Origin: a virus
Lineage: Duplodnaviria > Heunggongvirae > Uroviricota > Caudoviricetes
IMG/VR virus record: IMGVR_UViG_2563366799_000002
Strand: one strand, 5' to 3'
Length of the DNA: 9,427 nucleotides
A program made the position numbers and the translations under genes. Of this stretch, positions 1 through 8,407 are shown in pieces; the stretch's first letter is position 1, and each line of letters begins with the position of its first letter. Below the pieces are notes generated by a model. That model was not told where the DNA came from. It did no database searches and saw nothing but the letters and a program-made list of their open reading frames with translations.

Positions 1-248
<248 letters not shown>

Positions 249-324
249 TAAGCTCCTGGGGATTCACTCGCTTGTCGCCTTCCTGCAACTCGAATTATTT
301 AGAGTATATCCATTTATTATCTTT

Positions 325-346
325 CTGCGCACTTCACGGTGCGCAG
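325..346. promoter_or_regulatory. Perfect 8-bp inverted repeat CTGCGCAC-N6-GTGCGCAG, 17 bp upstream of the ybhJ start
   Basis: Read directly: ctgcgcac ttcacg gtgcgcag at 325-346, followed by GGAG (352-355) and the ybhJ ATG at 363. It could be an operator or a 5' leader hairpin. No T-run follows, so an intrinsic terminator is unlikely. Confidence 0.3.
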
Positions 347-362
347 ATATCTGGAGCATTTG

Positions 363-2624
363 ATGATCAAGTTATCTGAAAAAGGCGTGTTTCTCGCCAG
401 TAATAACGAAATAATTGCCGAAGAACATTTCACCGGCGAAATTAAAAAAGAAGAAGCCCAAAAAGGCACTATTGCCTGGTCTATTCTCTCTTCTCATAAT
501 ACGTCCGGAAATATGGATAAACTTAAAATTAAGTTTGATTCATTAGCCTCTCACGATATTACCTTTGTTGGTATTGTACAGACCGCTAAAGCGTCCGGTA
601 TGGAACGTTTCCCGCTGCCGTATGTGCTGACCAACTGCCATAACTCACTTTGCGCCGTCGGCGGCACCATTAACGGTGATGACCATGTTTTTGGTTTATC
701 GGCGGCTCAGCGTTATGGCGGTATTTTTGTGCCTCCGCATATTGCGGTCATCCATCAATATATGCGTGAGATGATGGCAGGTGGCGGCAAAATGATCCTC
801 GGGTCAGACAGTCACACCCGTTACGGTGCATTAGGGACAATGGCAGTCGGTGAGGGCGGCGGCGAGTTGGTAAAACAATTGCTTAATGACACTTGGGATA
901 TCGACTATCCGGGAGTTGTTGCGGTGCATCTGACCGGAAAACCAGCGCCGTATGTGGGGCCGCAGGATGTGGCGCTGGCTATCATCGGTGCCGTGTTCAA
1001 AAACGGCTACGTCAAAAACAAAGTGATGGAATTCGTAGGTCCCGGCGTTGCTGCGCTCTCTACCGATTTCCGTAACAGCGTTGACGTTATGACCACTGAA
1101 ACGACCTGTTTAAGTTCTGTCTGGCAAACCGATGAAGAAGTCCATAACTGGCTGGCGCTCCACGGTCGCGGCCAGGATTACTGCCAGCTTAACCCTCAAC
1201 CGATGGCGTACTACGATGGCTGCATCAGCGTTGATTTAAGCGCCATCAAACCAATGATTGCGCTGCCGTTCCACCCGAGCAACGTGTATGAAATCGACAC
1301 GCTGAACCAGAACCTGACCGACATTCTGCGTGAGATTGAAATTGAGTCCGAGCGCGTGGCGCACGGTAAAGCCAAACTCTCGCTGCTGGATAAAGTGGAA
1401 AATGGTCGCCTGAAAGTGCAGCAGGGGATTATCGCGGGCTGTTCTGGCGGTAACTATGAAAACGTTATCGCCGCAGCAAATGCGCTGCGCGGTCAATCCT
1501 GTGGTAACGACACCTTCTCGCTGGCGGTTTACCCGTCATCACAGCCGGTGTTTATGGATCTCGCCAAAAAAGGTGTGGTAGCAGATTTGATTGGCGCAGG
1601 CGCAATCATCAGAACCGCGTTCTGCGGCCCATGCTTTGGCGCGGGCGATACGCCAATCAACAACGGTTTGAGTATTCGCCACACCACGCGTAACTTCCCG
1701 AATCGCGAAGGCTCTAAGCCAGCCAATGGGCAGATGTCAGCGGTGGCGTTGATGGACGCTCGTTCTATCGCTGCGACTGCGGCAAACGGTGGCTATTTAA
1801 CTTCTGCCAGCGAACTCGATTGCTGGGACAACGTGCCGGAGTACGCCTTCGATGTAACGCCGTATAAAAACCGTGTTTATCAGGGCTTTGTTAAAGGGGC
1901 AACTCAGCAACCGCTGATTTACGGACCGAACATTAAAGACTGGCCGGAATTAGGTGCGCTGACTGACAATATCGTCCTCAAAGTGTGCTCGAAGATCCTC
2001 GACGAAGTGACCACCACCGACGAACTGATCCCTTCCGGTGAAACCTCTTCTTATCGTTCAAATCCGATTGGTCTGGCGGAGTTTACCCTGTCACGCCGCG
2101 ATCCAGGTTATGTTGGCAGAAGTAAAGCGACTGCTGAGCTGGAAAATCAGCGTCTGGCGGGGAATGTCAGCGAGCTGACAGAGGTGTTTGCGCGCATTAA
2201 GCAGATTGCTGGTCAGGAGCATATTGATCCGCTGCAAACTGAAATTGGCAGCATGGTCTATGCGGTGAAACCAGGCGATGGTTCTGCGCGTGAACAGGCG
2301 GCGAGCTGCCAGCGTGTGATTGGCGGTCTGGCGAATATTGCCGAGGAGTACGCGACTAAACGCTACCGTTCTAACGTCATCAACTGGGGGATGTTACCGC
2401 TGCAGATGGCGGAAGTGCCAACCTTTGAAGTGGGGGATTACATTTACATCCCTGGCATTAAAGCGGCGCTGGATAATCCGGGTACGACGTTTAAAGGTTA
2501 TGTGATCCATGAAGATGCGCCGGTAACGGAAATTACGCTCTATATGGAAAGTCTGACTGCTGAAGAGCGCGAGATTATCAAGGCGGGTAGTTTGATTAAC
2601 TTCAATAAAAACCGTCAGATGTAA
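363..2624 (+). CDS. ybhJ: Aconitase-family protein YbhJ (putative hydratase/dehydratase)
   Basis: The long ORF 339..2624 matches E. coli YbhJ as I recall it from [31 protein letters not shown] onward, so the start is placed at the ATG at 363 (GGAG 7 nt upstream). Aconitase-type motifs are present (GSDSHT; CGPCFG Fe-S ligand region). Stop TAA at 2622-2624. Confidence 0.93.
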   Translation: MIKLSEKGVFLASNNEIIAEEHFTGEIKKEEAQKGTIAWSILSSHNTSGNMDKLKIKFDSLASHDITFVGIVQTAKASGMERFPLPYVLTNCHNSLCAVGGTINGDDHVFGLSAAQRYGGIFVPPHIAVIHQYMREMMAGGGKMILGSDSHTRYGALGTMAVGEGGGELVKQLLNDTWDIDYPGVVAVHLTGKPAPYVGPQDVALAIIGAVFKNGYVKNKVMEFVGPGVAALSTDFRNSVDVMTTETTCLSSVWQTDEEVHNWLALHGRGQDYCQLNPQPMAYYDGCISVDLSAIKPMIALPFHPSNVYEIDTLNQNLTDILREIEIESERVAHGKAKLSLLDKVENGRLKVQQGIIAGCSGGNYENVIAAANALRGQSCGNDTFSLAVYPSSQPVFMDLAKKGVVADLIGAGAIIRTAFCGPCFGAGDTPINNGLSIRHTTRNFPNREGSKPANGQMSAVALMDARSIAATAANGGYLTSASELDCWDNVPEYAFDVTPYKNRVYQGFVKGATQQPLIYGPNIKDWPELGALTDNIVLKVCSKILDEVTTTDELIPSGETSSYRSNPIGLAEFTLSRRDPGYVGRSKATAELENQRLAGNVSELTEVFARIKQIAGQEHIDPLQTEIGSMVYAVKPGDGSAREQAASCQRVIGGLANIAEEYATKRYRSNVINWGMLPLQMAEVPTFEVGDYIYIPGIKAALDNPGTTFKGYVIHEDAPVTEITLYMESLTAEEREIIKAGSLINFNKNRQM

Positions 2625-2629
2625 AAAGC

Positions 2630-2845
<216 letters not shown>

Positions 2846-2857
2846 AGTTAATAGCTC

Positions 2858-4141
2858 TTACTTCTTCGCCTCTGCAACCACTTTGCTACCCACGCCGCGA
2901 TTATTGTATTCCCACATGCGGTTGTAGTTAGTGTCATTCAGATTGCGCTGTATTTCGTCGCTATCGTCAACGCTGCCGGTATTACCCGCAAATGGACGAT
3001 TGGAAATCACCGCATCGCCCCACGGTTTAACCGTGTTAAAACCTTCGTTGATGGCGCTATCACGGATCACCACCTGACCGTTGGTATTGGCATCAACATC
3101 CAGCGAGCGGCCCAGTTGTGCCACGCCATCACCGGAAGCATTGAAACGGCTGTTTACGGCGAGGAAACCGTAATAGATGTTGGACAGCGTAGCCGGTGCA
3201 AACACATACGCTTCTTGCTGAGTACGTGAGTTCACCACGCGGAATTCGGTGTTATCGAACACCACTGCGCCGCGACCAGAAACGATATCCACATCCCCTT
3301 CAATATAGCTGTTGGTCACCAGCGTACGCGGCTGACGGTTGGTTTCCAGACGGTTCTGCACACCGCTGTTGGTGACAAAGAAGGTGTTCTGACGACCGAG
3401 AATGTTAACGTTGTTAATCTGTACCTGGTCACCATCAGTACGCAGTGCCACCGCCGGATGGTTACCTGCATCTACGCTATCGCCCAGCGTGTTTTCGATG
3501 GTCAGATTTTGCAGTTGCAGGCCATTGTTTTGTGACCAGAAGACCGCAGAGCAGAGAACACCGATACTGTCGCTGCGTTTGCTCTGGCAGCTATCGTACA
3601 TATACCACGCTGGTTTACCTGGCATATATTTGCCGCGCGGGTTGACGTCGTGACGCCAGTCGGTAGGGCTCATGCCACCATCAAGGGAAAGCCCAATCTT
3701 CACATCAATCGGTTTTTCACCTGTACCGTACAGAGTAATTCCACCCGGAGCGGCAGGGACATATACCGTTCCCTGATACTCACCAGGCATCACGGCAATA
3801 TACTGGCGCTTGTTGGTACGCTTGATAATTGCCGCATCTACCGCCGCCTGAATCGTGGTATGCGTTACACCTTGAGTGCCCGCCGGGCCGACAACAAATT
3901 CAGGTTGCGCAGGCAGGGTAATCGGGGAAGGATTCCACGCTGCAGCACCTGGTGTCAGGGATGCAAAATAGTGTTGAGCATCGAAATTCTGCGCTTCTTT
4001 TGCCGACAGAATCGGGCGAGAAGAGGTACCAGGCGCGGTTTGATCAGAAGGACGTTGATCGGGCGGGGTTGAGCTACAGGCGGTCAGCGTCACGCCAAAA
4101 GCCAATGCCAGCGCCAGACGGGAAACTGAAAATGTGTTCAC
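2858..4141 (-). CDS. ybhC: Outer-membrane lipoprotein YbhC (pectinesterase-fold, putative acyl-CoA thioesterase)
   Basis: 427-aa ORF with signal peptide and lipobox (MNTFSVSRLALALAFGVTLTAC SS), matching E. coli YbhC as I recall it. GTG start at 4141, stop TAA at 2858-2860. It is the gene that borders attB-lambda on the gal side. Confidence 0.93.
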   Translation of the reverse strand: MNTFSVSRLALALAFGVTLTACSSTPPDQRPSDQTAPGTSSRPILSAKEAQNFDAQHYFASLTPGAAAWNPSPITLPAQPEFVVGPAGTQGVTHTTIQAAVDAAIIKRTNKRQYIAVMPGEYQGTVYVPAAPGGITLYGTGEKPIDVKIGLSLDGGMSPTDWRHDVNPRGKYMPGKPAWYMYDSCQSKRSDSIGVLCSAVFWSQNNGLQLQNLTIENTLGDSVDAGNHPAVALRTDGDQVQINNVNILGRQNTFFVTNSGVQNRLETNRQPRTLVTNSYIEGDVDIVSGRGAVVFDNTEFRVVNSRTQQEAYVFAPATLSNIYYGFLAVNSRFNASGDGVAQLGRSLDVDANTNGQVVIRDSAINEGFNTVKPWGDAVISNRPFAGNTGSVDDSDEIQRNLNDTNYNRMWEYNNRGVGSKVVAEAKK

Positions 4142-4180
4142 AGGTTGCTCCGGGCTATGAAATAGAAAAATGAATCCGTT

Positions 4181-4280
4181 GAAGCCTGCTTTTTTATACT
4201 AAGTTGGCATTATAAAAAAGCATTGCTTATCAATTTGTTGCAACGAACAGGTCACTATCAGTCAAAATAAAATCATTATT
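4181..4280. other. Phage lambda attL (bacterial B arm - 15-bp core - phage P' arm)
   Basis: Core GCTTTTTTATACTAA at 4188-4202, with bacterial sequence to its left (tgaagcct) and the lambda P' arm to its right (gttggcattataaaaaagcattgcttatcaatttgttgcaacgaacaggtcactatcagtcaaaataaaatcattatttg). IHF H' site TATCAATTTGTTG at about 4227-4239. Int arm-type sites P'1 AGGTCACTAT (4249-4258), P'2 CAGTCAAAAT (4259-4268) and P'3 AAATCATTAT (4270-4279). Confidence 0.9.
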
Positions 4281-5346
4281 TGATTTCAATTTTGTCCCAC
4301 TCCCTGCCTCTGTCATCACGATACTGTGATGCCATGGTGTCCGACTTATGCCCGAGAAGATGTTGAGCAAACTTATCGCTTATCTGCTTCTCATAGAGTC
4401 TTGCAGACAAACTGCGCAACTCGTGAAAGGTAGGCGGATCCCCTTCGAAGGAAAGACCTGATGCTTTTCGTGCGCGCATAAAATACCTTGATACTGTGCC
4501 GGATGAAAGCGGTTCGCGACGAGTAGATGCAATTATGGTTTCTCCGCCAAGAATCTCTTTGCATTTATCAAGTGTTTCCTTCATTGATATTCCGAGAGCA
4601 TCAACATGCAATGCTGTTGGGATGGCAATTTTTACGCCTGTTTTGCTTTGCTCGACATAAAGATATCCATCTACGATATCAGACCACTTCATTTCGCATA
4701 AATCACCAACTCGTTGCCCGGTAACAACAGCCAGTTCCATTGCAAGTCTGAGCCAACATGGTGATGATTCTGCTGCTTGATAAATTTTCAGGTATTCGTC
4801 AGCCGTAAGTCTTGATCTCCTTACCTCTGATTTTGCTGCGCGAGTGGCAGCGACAGGGTTTGTTGTTATATGGCCTTCAGCTATTGCCTCTCGGAATGCA
4901 TCGCTCAGTGTTGATCTGATTAACTTGGCTGACGCCGCCTTGCCCTCGTTTATGTATCCATTGAGCATTGCCGCAATTTCTTTTGTGGTGATGTCTTCAA
5001 GTGGAGCATCAGGCAGACCCCTCCTTATTGCTTTAATTTTGCTCATGTAATTTATGAGTGTCTTCTGTTTGATTCCTCTGCTGGCCAGGATTTTTTCGTA
5101 GCGATCAAGCCATGAATGTAACGTAACGGAATTATCACTGTTGATTCTCGCTGTCAGAGGCTTGTGTTTGTGTCCTGAAAATAACTCAATGTTGGCCTGT
5201 ATAGCTTCAGTGATTGCGATTCGCCTGTCTCTGCCTAATCCAAACTCTTTACCCGTCCTTGGGTCCCTGTAGCAGTAATATCCATTGTTTCTTATATAAA
5301 GGTTAGGGGGTAAATCCCGGCGCTCATGACTTCGCCTTCTTCCCAT
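4276..5346 (-). CDS. int: Lambda-type integrase Int (tyrosine recombinase), apparently intact
   Basis: 356-aa ORF, 1071 nt, MGRRRSHERRDLPPNLYIRNNGYYCYRDPRTGKEF...QYRDDRGREWDKIEIK. Length, position relative to att and sequence match lambda Int as far as I can recall. The catalytic R..K..HxxR..H..Y context is present (HELRSL, GHKSDTMASQY). Confidence 0.95.
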   Translation of the reverse strand: MGRRRSHERRDLPPNLYIRNNGYYCYRDPRTGKEFGLGRDRRIAITEAIQANIELFSGHKHKPLTARINSDNSVTLHSWLDRYEKILASRGIKQKTLINYMSKIKAIRRGLPDAPLEDITTKEIAAMLNGYINEGKAASAKLIRSTLSDAFREAIAEGHITTNPVAATRAAKSEVRRSRLTADEYLKIYQAAESSPCWLRLAMELAVVTGQRVGDLCEMKWSDIVDGYLYVEQSKTGVKIAIPTALHVDALGISMKETLDKCKEILGGETIIASTRREPLSSGTVSRYFMRARKASGLSFEGDPPTFHELRSLSARLYEKQISDKFAQHLLGHKSDTMASQYRDDRGREWDKIEIK

Positions 5347-5542
5347 TTCTGATCCTCTTCAAAAGGCTACCTGTTACTGGTCGATTTAAGTCAACCTTTA
5401 CCGCTGATTCGTGGAACAGATACTCTCTTCCATCCTTAACCGGAGGAGGGAATATCCTGCATTCGCGCACCCATCGACGAACTGTTTCAAGGCTTCTTGG
5501 GCGTCGCTGGCGAGCGTTCCACTCCTGAAGTGTCAAGTACAT
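5324..5542 (-). CDS. xis: Lambda-type excisionase Xis
   Basis: 72-aa ORF MYLTLQEWNARQRRPRSLETVRRWVRECRIFPPPVKDGREYLFHESAVKVDLNRPVTGSLLKRIRNGKKAKS, matching lambda Xis. Its 3' end overlaps the int start by 23 nt as in lambda. Confidence 0.95.
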   Translation of the reverse strand: MYLTLQEWNARQRRPRSLETVRRWVRECRIFPPPVKDGREYLFHESAVKVDLNRPVTGSLLKRIRNGKKAKS

Positions 5543-5568
5543 CGCAAAGTCTCCGCAATTACACGCAA

Positions 5569-5592
5569 GAAAAAACCGCCATCAGGCGGCTT
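5569..5592 (-). terminator. Candidate intrinsic terminator hairpin (minus strand) between orf55 and xis
   Basis: Minus-strand reading AAG CCGCC TGAT GGCGG TTTTTTT: a 5-bp GC stem with 4-nt loop followed by a 7-T run. The stop codon of orf55 (TGA) sits in the loop. The stem is short, so its strength is uncertain. Confidence 0.45.
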
Positions 5593-5749
5593 GGTGTTCT
5601 TTCAGTTCTTCAATTCGAATATTGGTTACGTCTGCATGTGCTATCTGCGCCCACAGCATCCAGTGGTCATAGCAGTCGCTGATGTTCTCGGCTTCGATAA
5701 CTCTGTTGAATGGTTCTCCATTCCATTCACCTGTAACTCGGAAGTGCAT
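5582..5749 (-). CDS. Small lambda ORF (orf55-like hypothetical protein, 55 aa)
   Basis: Not in the ORF track (below its length cutoff). My own translation of the minus strand: MHFRVTGEWNGEPFNRVIEAENISDCYDHWMLWAQIAHADVTNIRIEELKEHQAA*. The 168-nt length and the 39-nt gap to xis match the small hypothetical ORF that follows xis in lambda, as I recall the map. Confidence 0.6.
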   Translation of the reverse strand: MHFRVTGEWNGEPFNRVIEAENISDCYDHWMLWAQIAHADVTNIRIEELKEHQAA

Positions 5750-5752
5750 TTA

Positions 5753-6226
5753 TCATCGCCATAAAACAAAACTCGCCGTAGCGAGTTCAGATAAACCATC
5801 CGGAATTACCGGAGAGTTGCCGGGTTCTTTAATGTGCAAGCGAGGCTCACCATCTTTTGGTTCAGGCCACTGGCGCTCCATGTTGATCTTCAATTTATCT
5901 TCCATAGCAGCGGTAATTTCAGCATCGCTGATGCCAGCACGGCGCTGTGCATCCCACAACAGGAAATGCATATCAGCCCACTCGCTGAGATCGTCTGGTT
6001 CGGCTGCGGCTTCCAGAGCCTCTTTTGAGAGGTGTTTCAGTGGACCAATGGGGCCAACGCAGCCAAATGTGGAGTCAGACCATTTGGCATGCTCGTGGCG
6101 AATCAGTTCGCGTTCCAGTGATGCCAGTGCAATTCGTGCCAGTTCCATTTGTTCGCCACGAGTAAGCCCGTTTTCAAGCGGATTTTTAATGAACAATTCA
6201 ATACGTTCTTTGGTAATAGTGGTCAT
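5753..6226 (-). CDS. Phage protein with MazG/HisE-like nucleotide pyrophosphohydrolase motif (157 aa); not a lambda gene
   Basis: ORF with an AGGA ribosome-binding site 7-8 nt upstream of its ATG and a stop 3 nt before the orf55 start. It contains the E-x2-E...E-x2-D pattern (KEALEAAAE...SEWADMHFLLW) typical of all-alpha NTP pyrophosphohydrolases. It occupies the position where lambda carries ea8.5/ea22 but does not resemble them. The function is a motif-based inference. Confidence 0.6.
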   Translation of the reverse strand: MTTITKERIELFIKNPLENGLTRGEQMELARIALASLERELIRHEHAKWSDSTFGCVGPIGPLKHLSKEALEAAAEPDDLSEWADMHFLLWDAQRRAGISDAEITAAMEDKLKINMERQWPEPKDGEPRLHIKEPGNSPVIPDGLSELATASFVLWR

Positions 6227-6236
6227 TTGTTAGTCC

Positions 6237-6517
6237 TTAAACTGCTAGTTGCAATTGCATTTCAAAGCGGTCGCGTTGTTCACAATACGCAAGAGAACCA
6301 GGGCTATTGTGTGCCTCAATCCGTTCTACCATTAATGCTGCGCGTGTCTCTTTACTTGCAGGTGCATAAGCCCCAGACCAGGCTTTATCAATACCGATGT
6401 TTCGAGCGACGTTCGTACTATCTGCGCTGGCTAAGGGTAATTTTGTGAATATCAGCGGATTTAACATGCGCAATCCATGTAGTTTCGTAACCGGCTGCCA
6501 GAAAAATGCATTCCGTG
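6237..6517 (-). pseudogene. Possible 3' remnant of an unknown gene in the non-lambda substitution
   Basis: Of the three minus-strand frames across the non-lambda segment, only one stays open from the exo junction (about 6517) to a TAA at 6237, just upstream of the next gene's ribosome-binding site ([93 protein letters not shown]). An internal ATG at 6473 would give the 78-aa ORF in the track. No family recognised. Confidence 0.3.
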
Positions 6518-6895
6518 GTTGCCGTCACTGCATAAACCATCGGGAGAGCAGGCGGTGCGCATACTTTCGTCGCGATAGATGATCGGGGATTCAGTAACAT
6601 TAACGCCGGAAGTGAACTCAAAGAGGGTTCTGGCGTCGTTCTCGTACTGTTTTCCCCAGGCCAGCGCCTTAGCGTTAACTTCCGGAGCCACACCGGTGCA
6701 AACCTCAGCAAGCAGGGTGTGGAAGTAGGACATTTTCATGTCAGGCCACTTCTTTCCTGAGCGGGGCTTTGCTATCACGTTGTGAACTTCTGAAGCGGTG
6801 ATGACGCCGAGCCGTAATTTGTGCCATGCATCATCCCCCTGTTCGACAGCTCTCACGTCGATCCCGGTACGCTGCAGGATAATGTCCGGTGTCAT
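6461..6895 (-). pseudogene. exo: Lambda exonuclease (Red alpha / Exo), truncated after codon 126 with an 18-codon foreign tail
   Basis: Residues 1-126 ([22 protein letters not shown]...[15 protein letters not shown]) match lambda Exo. After GACGGCAAC (about 6518) the sequence diverges and reads [18 protein letters not shown] instead of GLELKCPFTSRDF.... The C-terminal 100 residues of the 226-aa protein are absent, including the region I recall as carrying catalytic E129/K131. Confidence 0.85.
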
Positions 6896-7677
6896 GCTGC
6901 CACCTTCTGCTCAGTGGCTTTCTGTTTCAGGAATCCAAGAGCTTTCACTGCTTCGGCCTGTGTCAGTTCTGACGATGCTCGAATGTCGCGGCGAAATATC
7001 TGGGAACAGAGCGGCAATAAGTCGTCATCCCATGTTTTATCCAGGGCGATCAGCAGAGTGTTAATCTCCTGCATGGTTTCATCGTTAACCGGAGTGATAT
7101 CGCGTTCCGGCTGACGTTCTGCAGTGTATGCGGTATTTTCGACAATGCGCTCGGCTTCATCCTTGTCATAGATACCAGCAAATCCGAAGGCGAGACGGGC
7201 ACACTGAATCATGGCTTTATGCCGTAACATCCGTTTGGGATGCGACTGCCACGGCCCCGTGATTTCTCTGCCTTCGCGGGTTTTGAATGGTTCGCGGCGG
7301 CATTCATCCATCCATTCGGTAACGCAGATCGGATGATTGCGGTCCTTGCGGTAAATCCGGCATGTACAGGATTCATTGTCCTGCTCAAAGTCCATGCCAT
7401 CAAACTGCTGGTTTTCATTGATGATGCGGGACCAGCCATCAACGCCCACCACCGGAACGATGCCGTTCTGCTTGTCAGGAAAGGCGTAAATTTCTTTCGT
7501 CCACGGATTAAGGCCGTACTGGTTGGCGACGATCAGCAATGCGATGAACTGCGCATCGCTGGCATCGCCTTTAAATGCCGTCTGGCGAAGAGTGGTGATC
7601 AGTTCCTGTGGGTCGACAGAATCCATGCCGACACGTTCAGCCAGCTTCCCTGCCAGCGTTGCGAGTGCTGTACTCAT
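6892..7677 (-). CDS. bet: Lambda Red beta (Bet) single-strand annealing protein, full length
   Basis: 261-aa [69 protein letters not shown]...KATEQKVAA, matching lambda Bet. Its stop overlaps the exo ATG (ATGA) as in lambda. Confidence 0.95.
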
Positions 7678-7682
7678 CCGTT

Positions 7683-7793
7683 TTATACCTCTGAATCAAT
7701 ATCAACCTGGTGGTGAGCAATGGTTTCAACCATGTACCGGATGTGTTCTGCCATGCGCTCCTGAAACTCAACATCGTCATCAAACGCACGGGT
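7683..7793 (-). pseudogene. gam: Lambda gam, 3' remnant only (last ~35 codons)
   Basis: Minus-strand translation ...[36 protein letters not shown] equals the Gam C-terminus and lies 5 nt from the bet start as in lambda. Upstream of about 7794 the frame reads ...[12 protein letters not shown] and hits a stop, so there is no Gam N-terminus. Confidence 0.8.
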
Positions 7794-7822
7794 ATCTGGC
7801 TGAAAGAGGGGGTTATTAAGGC

Positions 7823-8185
7823 GTGAATACCTACAGCATCACATTACCCTGGCCTCCGAGCAATAATCGCTATTACCGCCATAATCGCGGACGCACGCAC
7901 ATCAGCGCAGAGGGGCAGGCATACCGCGATAACGTCGCCCGAATCATTAAAAACGCAATGCTAGATATCGGCCTGGCTATGCCTGTGAAAATCCGCATTG
8001 AGTGCCACATGCCGGATCGCCGTCGCCGTGACCTGGATAATCTGCAAAAAGCCGCTTTTGACGCACTCACTAAAGCAGGTTTCTGGCTGGATGATGCTCA
8101 GGTCGTTGATTACCGCGTTGTGAAGATGCCTGTTACCAAAGGTGGGAGGCTGGAACTGACCATCACCGAAATGGGGAATGAATGA
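7823..8185 (+). CDS. rusA: Holliday-junction resolvase RusA (lambdoid nin-region type)
   Basis: 120-aa ORF (GTG start) [26 protein letters not shown]...[12 protein letters not shown], matching the DLP12 RusA of E. coli as I recall it. Confidence 0.9.
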
Positions 8186-8322
8186 TGTTTGAGTTTAATA
8201 TGGCAGAACTTCTTCGCCACCGCTGGGGGCGTCTGCGCTTATATCGTTTCCCCGGTTCTGTTTTGACCGATTACCGAATACTGAAGAATTACGCCAAAAC
8301 ACTGACAGGAGCAGGAGTATGA
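8182..8322 (+). CDS. ylcG: Small ORF YlcG-like (46 aa) between rusA and Q
   Basis: My own translation: [46 protein letters not shown]. The start overlaps the rusA stop (ATGA). It corresponds to the small ylcG ORF between rusA and quuD in DLP12. Below the ORF-track cutoff. Confidence 0.55.
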   Translation: MMFEFNMAELLRHRWGRLRLYRFPGSVLTDYRILKNYAKTLTGAGV

Positions 8323-8407
8323 AGTCAGAGATAACAATCAACTAATACTGTTTTGTTGATTTTTGCTTGTAATTGGCGTTCTGGTCTGAGTTTTGTGGAG
8401 TAAGTTG

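Noticed and set aside
893-2505. ORFs 893..1075 (+), 1236..1496 (-), 1529..1726 (-), 2320..2505 (+)
   Set aside because: All are embedded in or antisense to the well-supported ybhJ frame, with no independent support.
3402-4173. Plus-strand ORFs 3402..3653, 3445..3645, 3650..4072, 3952..4173
   Set aside because: Antisense to ybhC. Arg-rich, low-complexity translations typical of antisense frames in GC-rich coding sequence.
4527-5050. Plus-strand ORFs 4527..4724 and 4844..5050
   Set aside because: Antisense to int.
5411-6448. Plus-strand ORFs 5411..5764, 5497..5682, 5682..6233, 5834..6028, 6149..6448
   Set aside because: Antisense to xis, orf55 and the MazG-like gene. The minus-strand genes have ribosome-binding sites and lambda-consistent spacing; these do not.
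6397-7114. ORFs 6397..6582 (+), 6418..6711 (-), 6798..7064 (+), 6821..7114 (+)
   Set aside because: They overlap exo or bet in other frames. The 97-aa minus ORF is an alternative frame across the exo junction and terminates within the foreign segment.
7209-7819. ORFs 7209..7442 (-), 7240..7716 (+), 7523..7819 (+)
   Set aside because: Inside or antisense to bet and the gam remnant.
7873-8070. Minus-strand ORF of 65 aa
   Set aside because: Antisense to rusA.
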